DNA of 64,000 bases from a virus (taxonomy: Duplodnaviria; Caudoviricetes), in the IMG/VR virus record IMGVR_UViG_2828058034_000001, positions 2,054 to 66,053 of that record, one strand, 5' to 3'. The position numbers were made by a program, and so were the translations under genes. Below are positions 36,833 to 46,276 of this stretch, piece after piece. The notes beneath the pieces are model-generated. The model saw nothing but the letters and a program-made list of their open reading frames with translations, did no database searches and was not told where the DNA came from. Every line of letters starts with the position of its first letter. The first letter of the stretch is position 1.

Positions 36833-37048
36833 TCAGGTTGCCTTGCCGGCCGAAACTTTTTTCGCCACGGACTTCTTTGCAGTGGAGGTCCCAGCGTCGG
36901 ATGCAGGCGCATTCGCCTCCGCCGCAGAATCCCCGCCCTCTGCCGCCTTGCTGGCCCTACCCTCGTCGATGAACCTTTGCGCCAAGCTGGAATCCATTTG
37001 GACAGTCATGCCGGCGCGCGGGTCGGGACTCTTGAACTTGATGAGCAT
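36833..37048 (-). CDS. Small head-associated hypothetical protein
   Basis: GGGAGAG RBS; position after capsid; basic C-terminus. Confidence 0.6.
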   Translation of the reverse strand: MLIKFKSPDPRAGMTVQMDSSLAQRFIDEGRASKAAEGGDSAAEANAPASDAGTSTAKKSVAKKVSAGKAT

Positions 37049-37092
37049 GTCGCTCTCCCAGAAGTGGGCCTGCTGGAGCAGGCCCCGTTGGA

Positions 37093-38277
37093 TTAGGCGA
37101 TGTTGCCGAAGTCGCCGTAGATGAAGGCCTCAGGGCGATACACGGCCAGGGCGAGGCGCTCTTCCGCCAGGATGGTGACCATGTTCTTGATGAAGTCGTC
37201 TTCGTTCTCGGTGGCCACTTCGACACGCGCCTGCCAGCGATCGAACACCTGCGCGCCCAGACGGAAGGCACCGGTCAGGAACTTGTCCTCCGCGATGGCG
37301 GCCGTTGCTACCACCGGCAGATTCCAGAGCGAGGCGCCGATGGTGCCCTGCGGATTGCCGATGATGTAGCGGCCCGTGGTGTCCTTCAGCAGCTCGATGC
37401 GCGCCCAGTCGATCGGGTTCATCACGATACCGCTAGCCGGGAACTCCGCCAGCTGCGCCTGGAGCATCGCCAGGCGCACCTGGTCGATGATGGTGGCGTC
37501 GGCAATGTCCAGAGGCGATGCGTAGGCAGATGCCTGCGGGATGATGCCCAGCAGATTCTGGCCGGTACCGTCGCCGCTCAGCAGCTGCTGCTCTTCCTTG
37601 AAGGCCAGGCCATAGCGCAGGCGGCCGTCGATGTAGCTGGCCAGCTGCGATGCATCGCTCAGGATCTGGCGCGACGCCTTCATGTAGTGCGCGATGACCT
37701 TCGCGGTCGTGCTCACCATGTCGAACTTCAAGGAGGACTCGGGCTTCTTCGCGGTCTCGGCGACCATACCGGCGTTGTTGGTGAAGCCGGTTTCCTTCAC
37801 GTATTCGAGCGCGTTACCGTCCATCCGGCCCGGGGTGATCAGGTCACGGACGGTAAGGCGGCGATCCGGCGGTGCGATTACCCCCGGGAGCCGGGTGGTC
37901 TGCACGAGATCCCCGGCCGAGCCATCGGCATCGGTGGTGAGCGAGGTGATGGCGGCCTGGAAGGTCATATCCACGCGACCACGTGGCGTGGTTTTCCCGG
38001 CAAACGCCTTGAACTCTTCGCTGCCGACGAACTGCTGCCCGTAGCTTTGATGCTGGACGTCACCGCCGGCACCGTTGGCTTCGATCTTGGCGATCTGCTG
38101 CTCGGCGTTCTGCAGGTTGGCCTGCAGCTCGCCTTGCTTCAGAAGCAACTCGTCGACCTTTGCGCGAGTGTCTTCGGCCATCTTGGAGCTGGCTTTGATT
38201 TCGGAGCTGGCTTTTTCGGCCATTGCCTTTACGTCATCGCCGATGCGCTTGAGCTCGGCCTGGATTTCGGTCGTCAT
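37093..38277 (-). CDS. Major capsid protein, HK97 fold
   Basis: Coiled-coil delta domain, RRLTVRDLI, KEEQQLLSGDG, AEERLALAV.RPEAF. Confidence 0.96.
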   Translation of the reverse strand: MTTEIQAELKRIGDDVKAMAEKASSEIKASSKMAEDTRAKVDELLLKQGELQANLQNAEQQIAKIEANGAGGDVQHQSYGQQFVGSEEFKAFAGKTTPRGRVDMTFQAAITSLTTDADGSAGDLVQTTRLPGVIAPPDRRLTVRDLITPGRMDGNALEYVKETGFTNNAGMVAETAKKPESSLKFDMVSTTAKVIAHYMKASRQILSDASQLASYIDGRLRYGLAFKEEQQLLSGDGTGQNLLGIIPQASAYASPLDIADATIIDQVRLAMLQAQLAEFPASGIVMNPIDWARIELLKDTTGRYIIGNPQGTIGASLWNLPVVATAAIAEDKFLTGAFRLGAQVFDRWQARVEVATENEDDFIKNMVTILAEERLALAVYRPEAFIYGDFGNIA

Positions 38278-38289
38278 TACTGTGTTCCT

Positions 38290-39150
38290 TTATGCGGAGA
38301 TGGAAAAATCACGAAGTGCGGACAGTTCCGCAGGGGTGGCGACTTGATTGCCGCGTCCGGTGGGATCTCCCTCACCGCCGCCAGCGGGATCACCCGCGCT
38401 GGACTTGAACTCGCTGATGAGGCGAACGGCCTCACTTTTCGGCAGGCCGCTGGCTCGCAGCGCCGACTCGATCCGGCGAACGGCCGATGCGCTCGCCTTT
38501 GCCGCTCCTCGCTCGACCTGGTCACTGGCCAGAAGCTCGTCGGCGAAGCCCTCTTCGATCGCGGCTTCGCCGCCGATCCAGGTCTCCGCGTCCATGAGCT
38601 TGGCCATGGACTTCTGGTCCTGGCCGGTACGTGCCGCGTAGATGCTGGCCATCGCGTCGTCGAAGGGCTTGAGCGTGTCGGCCACCTCGATCAGGTCGTT
38701 ACGGTTGCCGACGGCCATGACCCATGCGTTGTGGATCATCAGAAAGCCGGCGCGCGCTATCTGCACCGTGTCTCCAGCCATCGCGATGATGGACGCCGCG
38801 GATGCGGCCAGGCCAAGCACCTTCACGGTGACCTCGCCCTCGTGCTCACGCAGCAGGTTGTAGATGGCCAAGCCCTCGAACATGTCGCCGCCGGGGGAGT
38901 TCACATTGACCGTGACCGGCCCCTTTCCCATTGCGCGCAGCGCGCCGGCCACGCGCCTGGCCGTGACTCCCTCGCCCGTCCAATAGTCCTGGCCGATGAC
39001 GTCATAGACGCTGATGGTCCGCTCCTCATCGGATTCGGCTGCGGCGCGCACGCCTGCATTCCAGCGATCCATAGCGCGCGGCTGGATCTGGCTGCTGACT
39101 GCGGCGCAGGGCCGACCCTCCGGAGCACCCGGCAGCGTCTTTATCGTCAT
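38290..39150 (-). CDS. ClpP-like (S14) prohead protease
   Basis: NSPGGDMFEG, GLAASAAS, MIHN, ETW, GFAD. Confidence 0.93.
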   Translation of the reverse strand: MTIKTLPGAPEGRPCAAVSSQIQPRAMDRWNAGVRAAAESDEERTISVYDVIGQDYWTGEGVTARRVAGALRAMGKGPVTVNVNSPGGDMFEGLAIYNLLREHEGEVTVKVLGLAASAASIIAMAGDTVQIARAGFLMIHNAWVMAVGNRNDLIEVADTLKPFDDAMASIYAARTGQDQKSMAKLMDAETWIGGEAAIEEGFADELLASDQVERGAAKASASAVRRIESALRASGLPKSEAVRLISEFKSSAGDPAGGGEGDPTGRGNQVATPAELSALRDFSISA

Positions 39151-39159
39151 CTCGGTTCC

Positions 39160-40452
39160 TCAGTCCCGCGCGGTGGCGGGTTCTTCAATGCCCAGGAGGG
39201 CGCGGAGCGAGGCGCGGACCTGCTGCGCCTGCTGATCGTTCTGTCCCAGCGCGTCGAGCGGCAACATGGCCGACTGCACGGTCAGGACCGCAGCATTCCC
39301 ACCCATCGGCTCCCGGTCTTCTAACTCGCGTACCTCGTCGCGGGTCAGGATGCCGTTGTTCACCATGGCGGCGTAGAAGGCAGCACGGCCGGCGCTGTCC
39401 GCGCGCAGAAGGCCTTCGACCGCAAATTTCGCGTAGTAGCGCGTTCGCTCGCCGGCGCTTAACAGGTCCTTGCTGATGGCCTGTTCGATCCGGCGGAGCC
39501 AAGGGCCCAGCGTGAATGTCAGAAACCCGATCATCTGCTGCTCGATGCCGCTGCCCCAGCTCGTGCTTTTCTCGGTGTGGCCAACCATCCAGGGCGGAAC
39601 ACGGAACCAGCGGCAGATCGATTCCACCGAGAACGCCCGCGATTCCAGCAGCTGTGCGTCACTCGGTTTGATTCCCAGACTCCCTGCCTCGGTGCCTCCC
39701 TCGAGCAGCGGCGTTTCGCCTCGCTCGATCGTGCCCATCAGGTTCTTCTTGAACTCGTCGCGCTGTTCCGGCTTCAGGAAGCTTGCGACCTTGTAGTAGA
39801 CGGTTTGCAGCAGGCCATTCTTGAATGTGCGGGCTGCGGCCCTGTCAGCGGCGATCGCGGCGCCGAACACCTTGGCGCCATAGCTGATCACCGAAACCCC
39901 GTTCAGGCCGTCGAGCGTGAAGCCGGGAATGATCCAGATGCGATCGCGCGGGATGACGCGGCGAGAGCCGTCAGTCCGCGGATACACGAAGATCTTGCGG
40001 CCCTCGATGTCGCGGTTCACCACCAGCTTGTCCGGGTCCAGGAACGACAGACCGATTAGGCGAGTGCCGGCGTAGAGCTTCTCGGCATGCGCCGCGCCGC
40101 GCAGTAGCATAGCGGCCACCATCGCCTCCCAGAAAACAGACGCGGTCGAATCGGCGTTGGGTTGGTCGTGGATGACAAAGTGCAAGGGATGCTGCCCGGC
40201 AACGCGTTTGCCACCTGACGTTCTTTCGAACATCGACAACGGGAGCGTCGCGATTGTTTCGGAGATCAGCCTAACGCAGGACCAGGCTGCATCCACCTGC
40301 AAAACCGTCTTGGCCGTTACCTCCGCACCCGTCTCTGATTCCGTCTGCCGGTCGACATAGAGCTCTTTGTCCTTGGGCGAAAACGAACGCACCCAGCCGT
40401 CGACAGCTGCAGCAATCCGCCGCATCACGCCGGTCCTCGGTTGGGTTTTCAT
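39160..40452 (-). CDS. Portal protein (HK97 family)
   Basis: AWSCVRLISETIATLPL, NGVSVI, ICRWFRVPP, GILTRDEVRELE. Confidence 0.95.
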   Translation of the reverse strand: MKTQPRTGVMRRIAAAVDGWVRSFSPKDKELYVDRQTESETGAEVTAKTVLQVDAAWSCVRLISETIATLPLSMFERTSGGKRVAGQHPLHFVIHDQPNADSTASVFWEAMVAAMLLRGAAHAEKLYAGTRLIGLSFLDPDKLVVNRDIEGRKIFVYPRTDGSRRVIPRDRIWIIPGFTLDGLNGVSVISYGAKVFGAAIAADRAAARTFKNGLLQTVYYKVASFLKPEQRDEFKKNLMGTIERGETPLLEGGTEAGSLGIKPSDAQLLESRAFSVESICRWFRVPPWMVGHTEKSTSWGSGIEQQMIGFLTFTLGPWLRRIEQAISKDLLSAGERTRYYAKFAVEGLLRADSAGRAAFYAAMVNNGILTRDEVRELEDREPMGGNAAVLTVQSAMLPLDALGQNDQQAQQVRASLRALLGIEEPATARD

Positions 40453-42305
40453 CGCGTTCCAGTCCTCACCGGGTTGCTGAGCCAGTCATTGAAATCACCT
40501 TCTTCGTTGCCTTCGCTGGCGAACGCCAGACCTACTGCCATCAGCAGAGCTGTCATGTCATCGATCTTCTCTGCCGAGCGCTTCTTGTCCGGCGCCATAT
40601 TCAAGTTCTGATCGGTGCGCGCCACCAGGTTCGAAGCGCACCACGTGAGCACTGGGTCGCCGTCGTGTACCAGCTTGCCGCCGATATAGGCGCGCTCTAG
40701 CTCCTGCATCGCTGGGTGATACGACTTGGTGCCCTGGATGAACTCAACCAGCGGCACCTCGGCGGCTACCAAACGGCTGACCATCTCCGTCGCGTTCCAG
40801 CGATCGAAGGCAATCGACTGGACGTTGAAGCGCTCCACGACCTCAAGCACTGCACGCTCGATCGCTGCGTAATCGGTGACTTCGCCCTCGGTCTGCTCCA
40901 TCAGGCCCGACGCAACCCACCCGGCATAAGGGACGGTGCCTCGCTCGGTCCGCTGCGCTACCGCCGCGGCGGGAACCCATCGCCTCCCCCAAGTGATGAT
41001 CTGATCACCGACGCGCCACACCAGACGCAACGAGGTCAGATCGCGCGTGCTCGCCAGATCCAGACCACCCCAACAAGGCACGTCCCGCAATGCCTCTAGG
41101 TCAACCACGCCCACGCACGCGTTCCACTTCGGCAGCGCCACCCAGCTGTTGGCCGAAGCCGCTGGGCGGTTGACGCGCTTGATTTCGAACTCGGCCAGCT
41201 TCGACGGCATCCGCTTGGCTTCGACCGCTTCCTTACGGATGGCGGCCAGCAGGTGCGGGTTCGAGTCGATCAGTGGATTCGCCTTGATCCACTTCGATTC
41301 GTCGAACGTGTCGTCGGCCTTGCGGCCGGTTGCCTTGTCCTCCTCGTCGATCGCGTAGAACAGCGCAAGGTAGTGATCGGCCTCGTGGCCGAACACGCCC
41401 CCCAGCAGTTGCTTCACGAACTGCCTGATCTCCGCCCAGGGCCCGGGGTTGGTGTAGCCCTCGGTGGTGGTGAACAGCCAGAGCGGGTTCTGGCGCGCGC
41501 CCGCGGCCGACTGCAGCACGTTGAGCAGGTCCGGCGTCTTGTGGGCGTGGATCTCATCCAGGCCGACATGCGACGGGTTGAGGCCGTCTTGCGTGCTGGC
41601 CTTTGCGTGGATTGGCTTGAAGCTCGCGCCGATCTCCATCCGCGTGATCGACTTCGCCCAGGTCTCCAGGCCATAGGCCTCGCGCAGGTCTGGCGTCTTC
41701 TCCACCATCCTCTTGGCGACGTTGAAAATGATCGACGCCTGCGGGAAGGTGGTTGCCGCCGAGATGACCTGCGCGCCCTCCTCGTTCTCGCAACACTGGC
41801 AGTACAGCAGGATTGCCGACGCCAGCGTCGATTTCGCGTTCTTGCGCGCCACCGCGAACAACGCGGAGGTGAAGCGCCTGGATCCGTCAGGCTTCCGGAA
41901 ACCGAACAGCTGCACGACGAAGAACACGTGCGACCGGTGCATCCGAATCTCTGGCGTTTCCCACTTGCCTTCGACGTGTGGCAGCAGCTCGATGAACCCG
42001 CATGCATGGCACGCATGCTCCGGAGAGAACCGGAAGGGTGCGCCGCGCCTCTTCGCGCGCGCCAAGTCATCGATGAACCGCCGCGCGGCCTGCCGGATCA
42101 GCTTGCCGAACCGCAACCCCTTCTTGTCGGCGATCGCTTCCTGCGCGTACGCAATGGCCACGCCGACATAGTCGGACGGATCCAGCTTGCGAGCGCGCGG
42201 CGCGGCCCTGCCCTGCTTCTTCGCTGGCGCCTTCTTGGCAGCAGGCTTACTTGCTCGGCGCGGCGAGCGCGGCGAACTTGTTGCCGGGCTTCTTGCTGTC
42301 GCCAC
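40449..42305 (-). CDS. Terminase large subunit
   Basis: VARKNAKST Walker A, LDEIH, FDRWNA, KIDDMTA; start uncertain. Confidence 0.94.
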   Translation of the reverse strand: MATARSPATSSPRSPRRASKPAAKKAPAKKQGRAAPRARKLDPSDYVGVAIAYAQEAIADKKGLRFGKLIRQAARRFIDDLARAKRRGAPFRFSPEHACHACGFIELLPHVEGKWETPEIRMHRSHVFFVVQLFGFRKPDGSRRFTSALFAVARKNAKSTLASAILLYCQCCENEEGAQVISAATTFPQASIIFNVAKRMVEKTPDLREAYGLETWAKSITRMEIGASFKPIHAKASTQDGLNPSHVGLDEIHAHKTPDLLNVLQSAAGARQNPLWLFTTTEGYTNPGPWAEIRQFVKQLLGGVFGHEADHYLALFYAIDEEDKATGRKADDTFDESKWIKANPLIDSNPHLLAAIRKEAVEAKRMPSKLAEFEIKRVNRPAASANSWVALPKWNACVGVVDLEALRDVPCWGGLDLASTRDLTSLRLVWRVGDQIITWGRRWVPAAAVAQRTERGTVPYAGWVASGLMEQTEGEVTDYAAIERAVLEVVERFNVQSIAFDRWNATEMVSRLVAAEVPLVEFIQGTKSYHPAMQELERAYIGGKLVHDGDPVLTWCASNLVARTDQNLNMAPDKKRSAEKIDDMTALLMAVGLAFASEGNEEGDFNDWLSNPVRTGTR

Positions 42306-42663
42306 CCGAGCTCACCTTGCGCCTGCTGGCGGGAGTCATGCCGAACTCGGACATCAGCGCCTTGAAGGCGGTGTCCTCGGCGGCCGTTATGTCCATCCCC
42401 GCCTTCTGCTTCATCACCATGCGTTGCCAGGCGTAGCAGAGTTGCTGGAGTGCGTAGAGGTCGACGACTTGCAAGACCTTCGCCGCGACCAGCTGCGGGC
42501 CGAGATCACGCCACATGGCGGCGCCATCGGCGTTCAGATGCTGAGGGGCGTCGGGAAAATCATCGATCAGGTCGAACTCGGGAACGTCCGGCACCTCGCG
42601 GTCCGGCCGGGCCGTCCCGGCGATCACCTTGAGGGCCGGAGCTGTCGGCTTCCGTCCTCTCAT
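42247..42663 (-). CDS. Terminase small subunit (P27-like)
   Basis: MRGRKP...LKVIAG, EFGMTPASR. Confidence 0.9.
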   Translation of the reverse strand: MRGRKPTAPALKVIAGTARPDREVPDVPEFDLIDDFPDAPQHLNADGAAMWRDLGPQLVAAKVLQVVDLYALQQLCYAWQRMVMKQKAGMDITAAEDTAFKALMSEFGMTPASRRKVSSGGDSKKPGNKFAALAAPSK

Positions 42664-42689
42664 TTTTCAAATCCTAATTTTGACCGTGC

Positions 42690-42765
42690 GAAAATTTGGC
42701 TGAGCGGCCGGTGTCCGATTGGAAAGGGTCAAAGTTTTTCCCCTCCCCCCCGCTGTCTCGTTCAT
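42690..42765. other. Candidate cos region
   Basis: Intergenic between HNH and terS with CCCCTCCCCCCG tract, as in 3'-cos HK97-type phages. Confidence 0.5.
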
Positions 42766-42789
42766 ATTTCATTCAGCTTTTGTTCATAA

Positions 42790-43149
42790 TTAGCGTTCAG
42801 GATTCACGTTCAGCTTTGCGCGGCGTGGATGAGAACGATTCGCGCCGCGTGCGGCCTCGGCCTTCGTCTTGGCCTCGTGGCAGTCCAAGCAGATGGCCTG
42901 CAGGTTGTCCTCTGCGCCCGTGCCGCCTTCCGCCTGGGGTACGACATGGTCGACCTCCTCCGCGGGCCTGAGGCGGCCAGCTGCGCCGCAAGGCACGCAC
43001 AGGTACTTGTCCCGCTTCATGATCGCGTCGCGCTTGCGGCGCCATGGACGGCCACCGCGGCCCTTGCCGTAGTTCTCAGGCTGGGATTGCGCCACGTGCA
43101 CAGGCGCGATCTGCTGCAGCGGCTTGTGCCGCGACGGAAAGCCAGGCAT
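42790..43149 (-). CDS. HNH endonuclease (terminase-associated)
   Basis: RDKYLCVPC, VDHVVP..EGG...NLQAICLDCH. Confidence 0.92.
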   Translation of the reverse strand: MPGFPSRHKPLQQIAPVHVAQSQPENYGKGRGGRPWRRKRDAIMKRDKYLCVPCGAAGRLRPAEEVDHVVPQAEGGTGAEDNLQAICLDCHEAKTKAEAARGANRSHPRRAKLNVNPER

Positions 43150-43316
43150 CAGTCCAGGCCCATTGATTGGTCACGCTCACCACCAGCCAGATCACCATCG
43201 AGCGTGCGCGCTGGTTCCTCCTGCTCTTGCTCCTGCTCATCGCCAGCCAGTGCAGCGATCAGCGTCTCGAGCTTCTCCTCAATGCGATCCAGTTGTGTGG
43301 AGTGCTGCTGAGTCAT
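43149..43316 (-). CDS. Small acidic hypothetical protein
   Basis: Hand translation MTQQHSTQLDRIEEKLETLIAAL...GLD; coupled to Rz and HNH. Confidence 0.6.
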   Translation of the reverse strand: MTQQHSTQLDRIEEKLETLIAALAGDEQEQEQEEPARTLDGDLAGGERDQSMGLD

Positions 43317-43786
43317 GGCATCACCTTGGCGCGGTCTGCGGCAACGACTGCTTGGCAGGCGCGGACGTGGTCGTCGGCGTCTCGGACGACTTGAACAGCA
43401 GCGCCAGCAACCTCGCTTCGTAGTTGGGCGTGCGCATCACGTTCGATGGCGCCGGTGACGGAACGGGACAGGAGGTCAGTGCTGCAGGTGGCGAGGTCGT
43501 TGCGCAGCTGGAGCACACCAGTGCGCAGGTCAGCCACAACAGCATCAGGGACGGCCTTGGCCGCCTCACGGTCTTGCTCATGGGCATCTCCGATAGCGGC
43601 CATTGCTTTGGCCTGGTTGTGCTCTGCCGCGCGTGCGGCCTGCTCAACGTGTAAGGCTTGCTTACCAGTTGCGGCTTGGCCGGTTGCGGCCGCTGTCTCA
43701 GCGCGGTCGCCGCGCCATGTCCAGCCGGCCCAGAAGCTGAGAGCGAGCAGACCAACAGCGATGGCGAGTTTCAGTTGCATGGGCAT
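43313..43786 (-). CDS. Rz-like inner-membrane spanin
   Basis: GGAGAG RBS, N-terminal TM, coiled coil, VRACQ. Confidence 0.8.
   Translation of the reverse strand: MPMQLKLAIAVGLLALSFWAGWTWRGDRAETAAATGQAATGKQALHVEQAARAAEHNQAKAMAAIGDAHEQDREAAKAVPDAVVADLRTGVLQLRNDLATCSTDLLSRSVTGAIERDAHAQLRSEVAGAAVQVVRDADDHVRACQAVVAADRAKVMP
43321..43581 (-). CDS. Rz1-like outer-membrane spanin embedded in Rz
   Basis: MSKTVRR..LLWLTCALVCSSC lipobox, Pro-rich mature region. Confidence 0.75.
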   Translation of the reverse strand: MSKTVRRPRPSLMLLWLTCALVCSSCATTSPPAALTSCPVPSPAPSNVMRTPNYEARLLALLFKSSETPTTTSAPAKQSLPQTAPR

Positions 43787-43829
43787 GTTCGGCCTCTCCG
43801 GTAGTCCACGATCCCAACGCTCGGCCATG

Positions 43830-44045
43830 TCAGCCGCCCGGCCCTCTTCGAGCCATTCCAAAGAAGTAGCCGATCACCATGCCAGTGGCGTTGTTCAATC
43901 CGCCGATCAGCATGCCGAACGAGTCTTTGTTCTCTGGCGGGATGGCCACCGCAATTAATGCAGCCATGGCCATGCCCAACAGGAACAGCACCAGAACCGC
44001 AATCCCCACGCGTGCGGCGCCGACGTTCCGCGTCGCGAAGGTCAC
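43830..44045 (-). CDS. Putative 2-TM holin
   Basis: Two hydrophobic helices, VIGYFFG. Confidence 0.7.
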   Translation of the reverse strand: MTFATRNVGAARVGIAVLVLFLLGMAMAALIAVAIPPENKDSFGMLIGGLNNATGMVIGYFFGMARRGPGG

Positions 44046-44362
44046 CGGACACCAGCCAGGCTATGGATCTCCTCAAGCGCCCAGTGGTAGAGCTGCTGAT
44101 CGACCACCGACACGCGCGTGATCCGCTTGCCGTTCAATTCCCGGACGCTGACTTGCGTGGACTGTTGGACCGCAAGCAGCACGAAACCGATGCGCTTGCG
44201 CAGTGGGTCCGGCTCCTGCAGCACTGCAATGGCATCGCCCACCATCTCGCGGATCGTTCCCAGCAGCTCTGCTGTGGGTCGTTTGGTGCGGTTGTCCAGC
44301 ACCGACAGAACGCCCTGCAACTGGTTGATGGCCGGCACCACCGGTTTGGACTTTGCAGGCAT
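44042..44362 (-). CDS. Hypothetical protein in lysis cassette
   Basis: TGATG/GTGA coupling to neighbours. Confidence 0.6.
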   Translation of the reverse strand: MPAKSKPVVPAINQLQGVLSVLDNRTKRPTAELLGTIREMVGDAIAVLQEPDPLRKRIGFVLLAVQQSTQVSVRELNGKRITRVSVVDQQLYHWALEEIHSLAGVR

Positions 44363-45018
44363 CAAGCACCCAATGCTTTCAGTGCGCGGGCGTAACGTGC
44401 GCGGCGATCGGCGGCGCCGTTCTGGCCTCCGTTGACGCGCTCGGTGATGTCGTCGAAGCGGCCAGCGTCGGCCAGTGGGTTGAGGTTGCGCGTATCCCAG
44501 AAGGCCGCGGCCGCCAGGGCACCCCACTTGGGCTGCTCCAGCGTCTCGGGCTGCTTCTCGAAGTCCGGTACGTCCCGCACACCCTTGGCGCGCAGCGTGT
44601 CGCGCATGCCGGCGTAGTTGGCGCGTCCCGTGTTCTGGATCGGGCCACGGCCGCGGTAGAGGTAGCCGTCCCCGCTGGCTTCGTCGCCGTTGCCCAGGCG
44701 GTTCGCGTAAGCCGCATTGCCCAGGCCGACCGAGTTACGCGCCAGCTCCTTGGCCCGTGGTAGCAATGAGCGCCACCGGCTGTTCGGCTTTGCGCGCTTG
44801 CACGCGTCGATCAGGTTTTCGAGGCTGTAATTCAGGCCTTCCACCACGGCGGTGAGGCCGGTGGATTCGTGTCCTACCTGGGCCAAGAACGCTGCCATCC
44901 GCCGCGGCGTGCTGATGCCGTATAGGCGGCACGCCTCGCTGATCGGCTCGATCCAGCGCTCCGCAGTCTGGTCGGAGCAACCCACCGCCTGCTTCAGTTG
45001 TTGGGCGGTCAGTTGCAT
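44362..45018 (-). CDS. Glycoside hydrolase family 19 endolysin
   Basis: AAFLAQVGHES, GDGYLYRGRGPIQNTGRANY, ITERVNGG. Confidence 0.93.
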   Translation of the reverse strand: MQLTAQQLKQAVGCSDQTAERWIEPISEACRLYGISTPRRMAAFLAQVGHESTGLTAVVEGLNYSLENLIDACKRAKPNSRWRSLLPRAKELARNSVGLGNAAYANRLGNGDEASGDGYLYRGRGPIQNTGRANYAGMRDTLRAKGVRDVPDFEKQPETLEQPKWGALAAAAFWDTRNLNPLADAGRFDDITERVNGGQNGAADRRARYARALKALGA

Positions 45019-45089
45019 TTTCACCTCTAAATGAAAAGGCCCCTCCTTTTAAGGAGAGGCCTCGATATTGACAGCGTCAGCCGTTTTAC

Positions 45090-45260
45090 TCAGATGCGCT
45101 TGTCTTGCAACTCTGCATGCTTACTTTGCAGCGCTTCCATCGCGGCACCGACTTGCCTTGCGAACTCATCACCTGTTTCAACCTTCGAAAGCCATCCTGC
45201 CTGGAGGGCAGTTTTTACCAAGTCATAGGCCGCGTTGAGCGCTGCTGTTCCGTTCGCCAT
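45090..45260 (-). CDS. 56-aa hypothetical protein in late leader
   Basis: AGGAG RBS; MANGTAALNAAYDLVKTALQAGWLSK...DKRI (below ORF-track cutoff). Confidence 0.55.
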   Translation of the reverse strand: MANGTAALNAAYDLVKTALQAGWLSKVETGDEFARQVGAAMEALQSKHAELQDKRI

Positions 45261-45450
45261 GTCTTTTCACTCCTGAAGGAGCTGCAAGACTATCAGTCAT
45301 GGATGCTAGTTGAGCCGGCACAGCAGGTGCGTCGTTGAGGTGCTGCCGTCACGGAACACCCCTTTTATGTGACTCCAGCGGGAAGCCTCACGGCTGGCCT
45401 GTTGCCTGGATGCGCATCCACTATGACTACCGACTCGAAAGTTGGAACGA

Positions 45451-45481
45451 AAAAAGCCCCGGCATCTCTGCAGGGGCTTTT
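45451..45481. terminator. Bidirectional-type terminator (tR'-like)
   Basis: AAAAAGCCCC...GGGGCTTTT hairpin between early and lysis genes. Confidence 0.75.
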
Positions 45482-45533
45482 CTCACCAATGCGCTTATTT
45501 TGGATAAAGACCCCTGGGTGTCAAGCATCTTTT

Positions 45534-45908
45534 TCATCCGTCCAATCGAAACTCGCGCCAGCGCTTCCCGCCGGCTCCGTCAGGCCAGTCCGCATGCGTG
45601 CCGGCAGCCTCCATCGCGAGGCGCATTGCGCTCTTGTCGGCCTCCTGATCCGTGCGCATGTGCAACCACGATCCGTGCTGCCAGTACTTACCGAGATCTG
45701 ACGCCATGCCGGCAACGGCCGCGTGCGCAGCGCGTTCGCTACAGGTGGGCATGGTCCAGACCTTGGCGATGCGCGCCGGGCATGCTTCCTGCACCTGCTT
45801 CAGCGTGGCCGCCAGGTCTACAGCCCGACCGAGGCGGAACGCGCTCTTCCCGTCCGCGAGCGGCACCGCCGCCAGGTACACCCACCACCGTTTCAGCGCG
45901 CGCTTCAT
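45534..45908 (-). CDS. Degenerate T5orf172/GIY-YIG-like protein
   Basis: WVYLA...FRLG...L..VQ..CP...GSWL; catalytic R and E positions appear substituted. Confidence 0.5.
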   Translation of the reverse strand: MKRALKRWWVYLAAVPLADGKSAFRLGRAVDLAATLKQVQEACPARIAKVWTMPTCSERAAHAAVAGMASDLGKYWQHGSWLHMRTDQEADKSAMRLAMEAAGTHADWPDGAGGKRWREFRLDG

Positions 45909-46276
45909 GCCGTGAGCTCCGGCTTGGCAGCGAGCATGGCGGCGTCGATTGCCGAATCTAGGCGTTCTAGATCGGTGGCGTGCCCGCGGCTGCCGTCGCT
46001 GACGAAGATCGCTGATATGGCGCCCTGCTTATTGATGTAGTTCTCATGCCATGCATCGGCACGGCGCAGCCACTGATACCGCTCCGCATCGCGCTTGACG
46101 TCCTCAGGCACCGCCTGCTGCTGGGATAGGGCGGCGACGATGGCGCGGATGGCGATGTATTCCGCGTGTGCACGGAGTTCGTGCCCCGACATCGTTTCTT
46201 GCGCCAACGCCATGCGGCCTTCCTTGACGTATTCACCCGCCAACAACTCCCGCGCCCTCTGCTCAATATCGTTCAT
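45905..46276 (-). CDS. Phage hypothetical protein
   Basis: MNDIEQRARELLA, DAERYQWLR, LDSAIDAAM phage motifs. Confidence 0.7.
   Translation of the reverse strand: MNDIEQRARELLAGEYVKEGRMALAQETMSGHELRAHAEYIAIRAIVAALSQQQAVPEDVKRDAERYQWLRRADAWHENYINKQGAISAIFVSDGSRGHATDLERLDSAIDAAMLAAKPELTA

Noticed and set aside
37687-39324. 545-aa plus-strand ORF
   Set aside because: Antisense to capsid and protease genes
42180-42305. K/R/A/P-rich N-terminal extension of TerL as a novel domain
   Set aside because: Low complexity, overlaps terS, and the true start is uncertain
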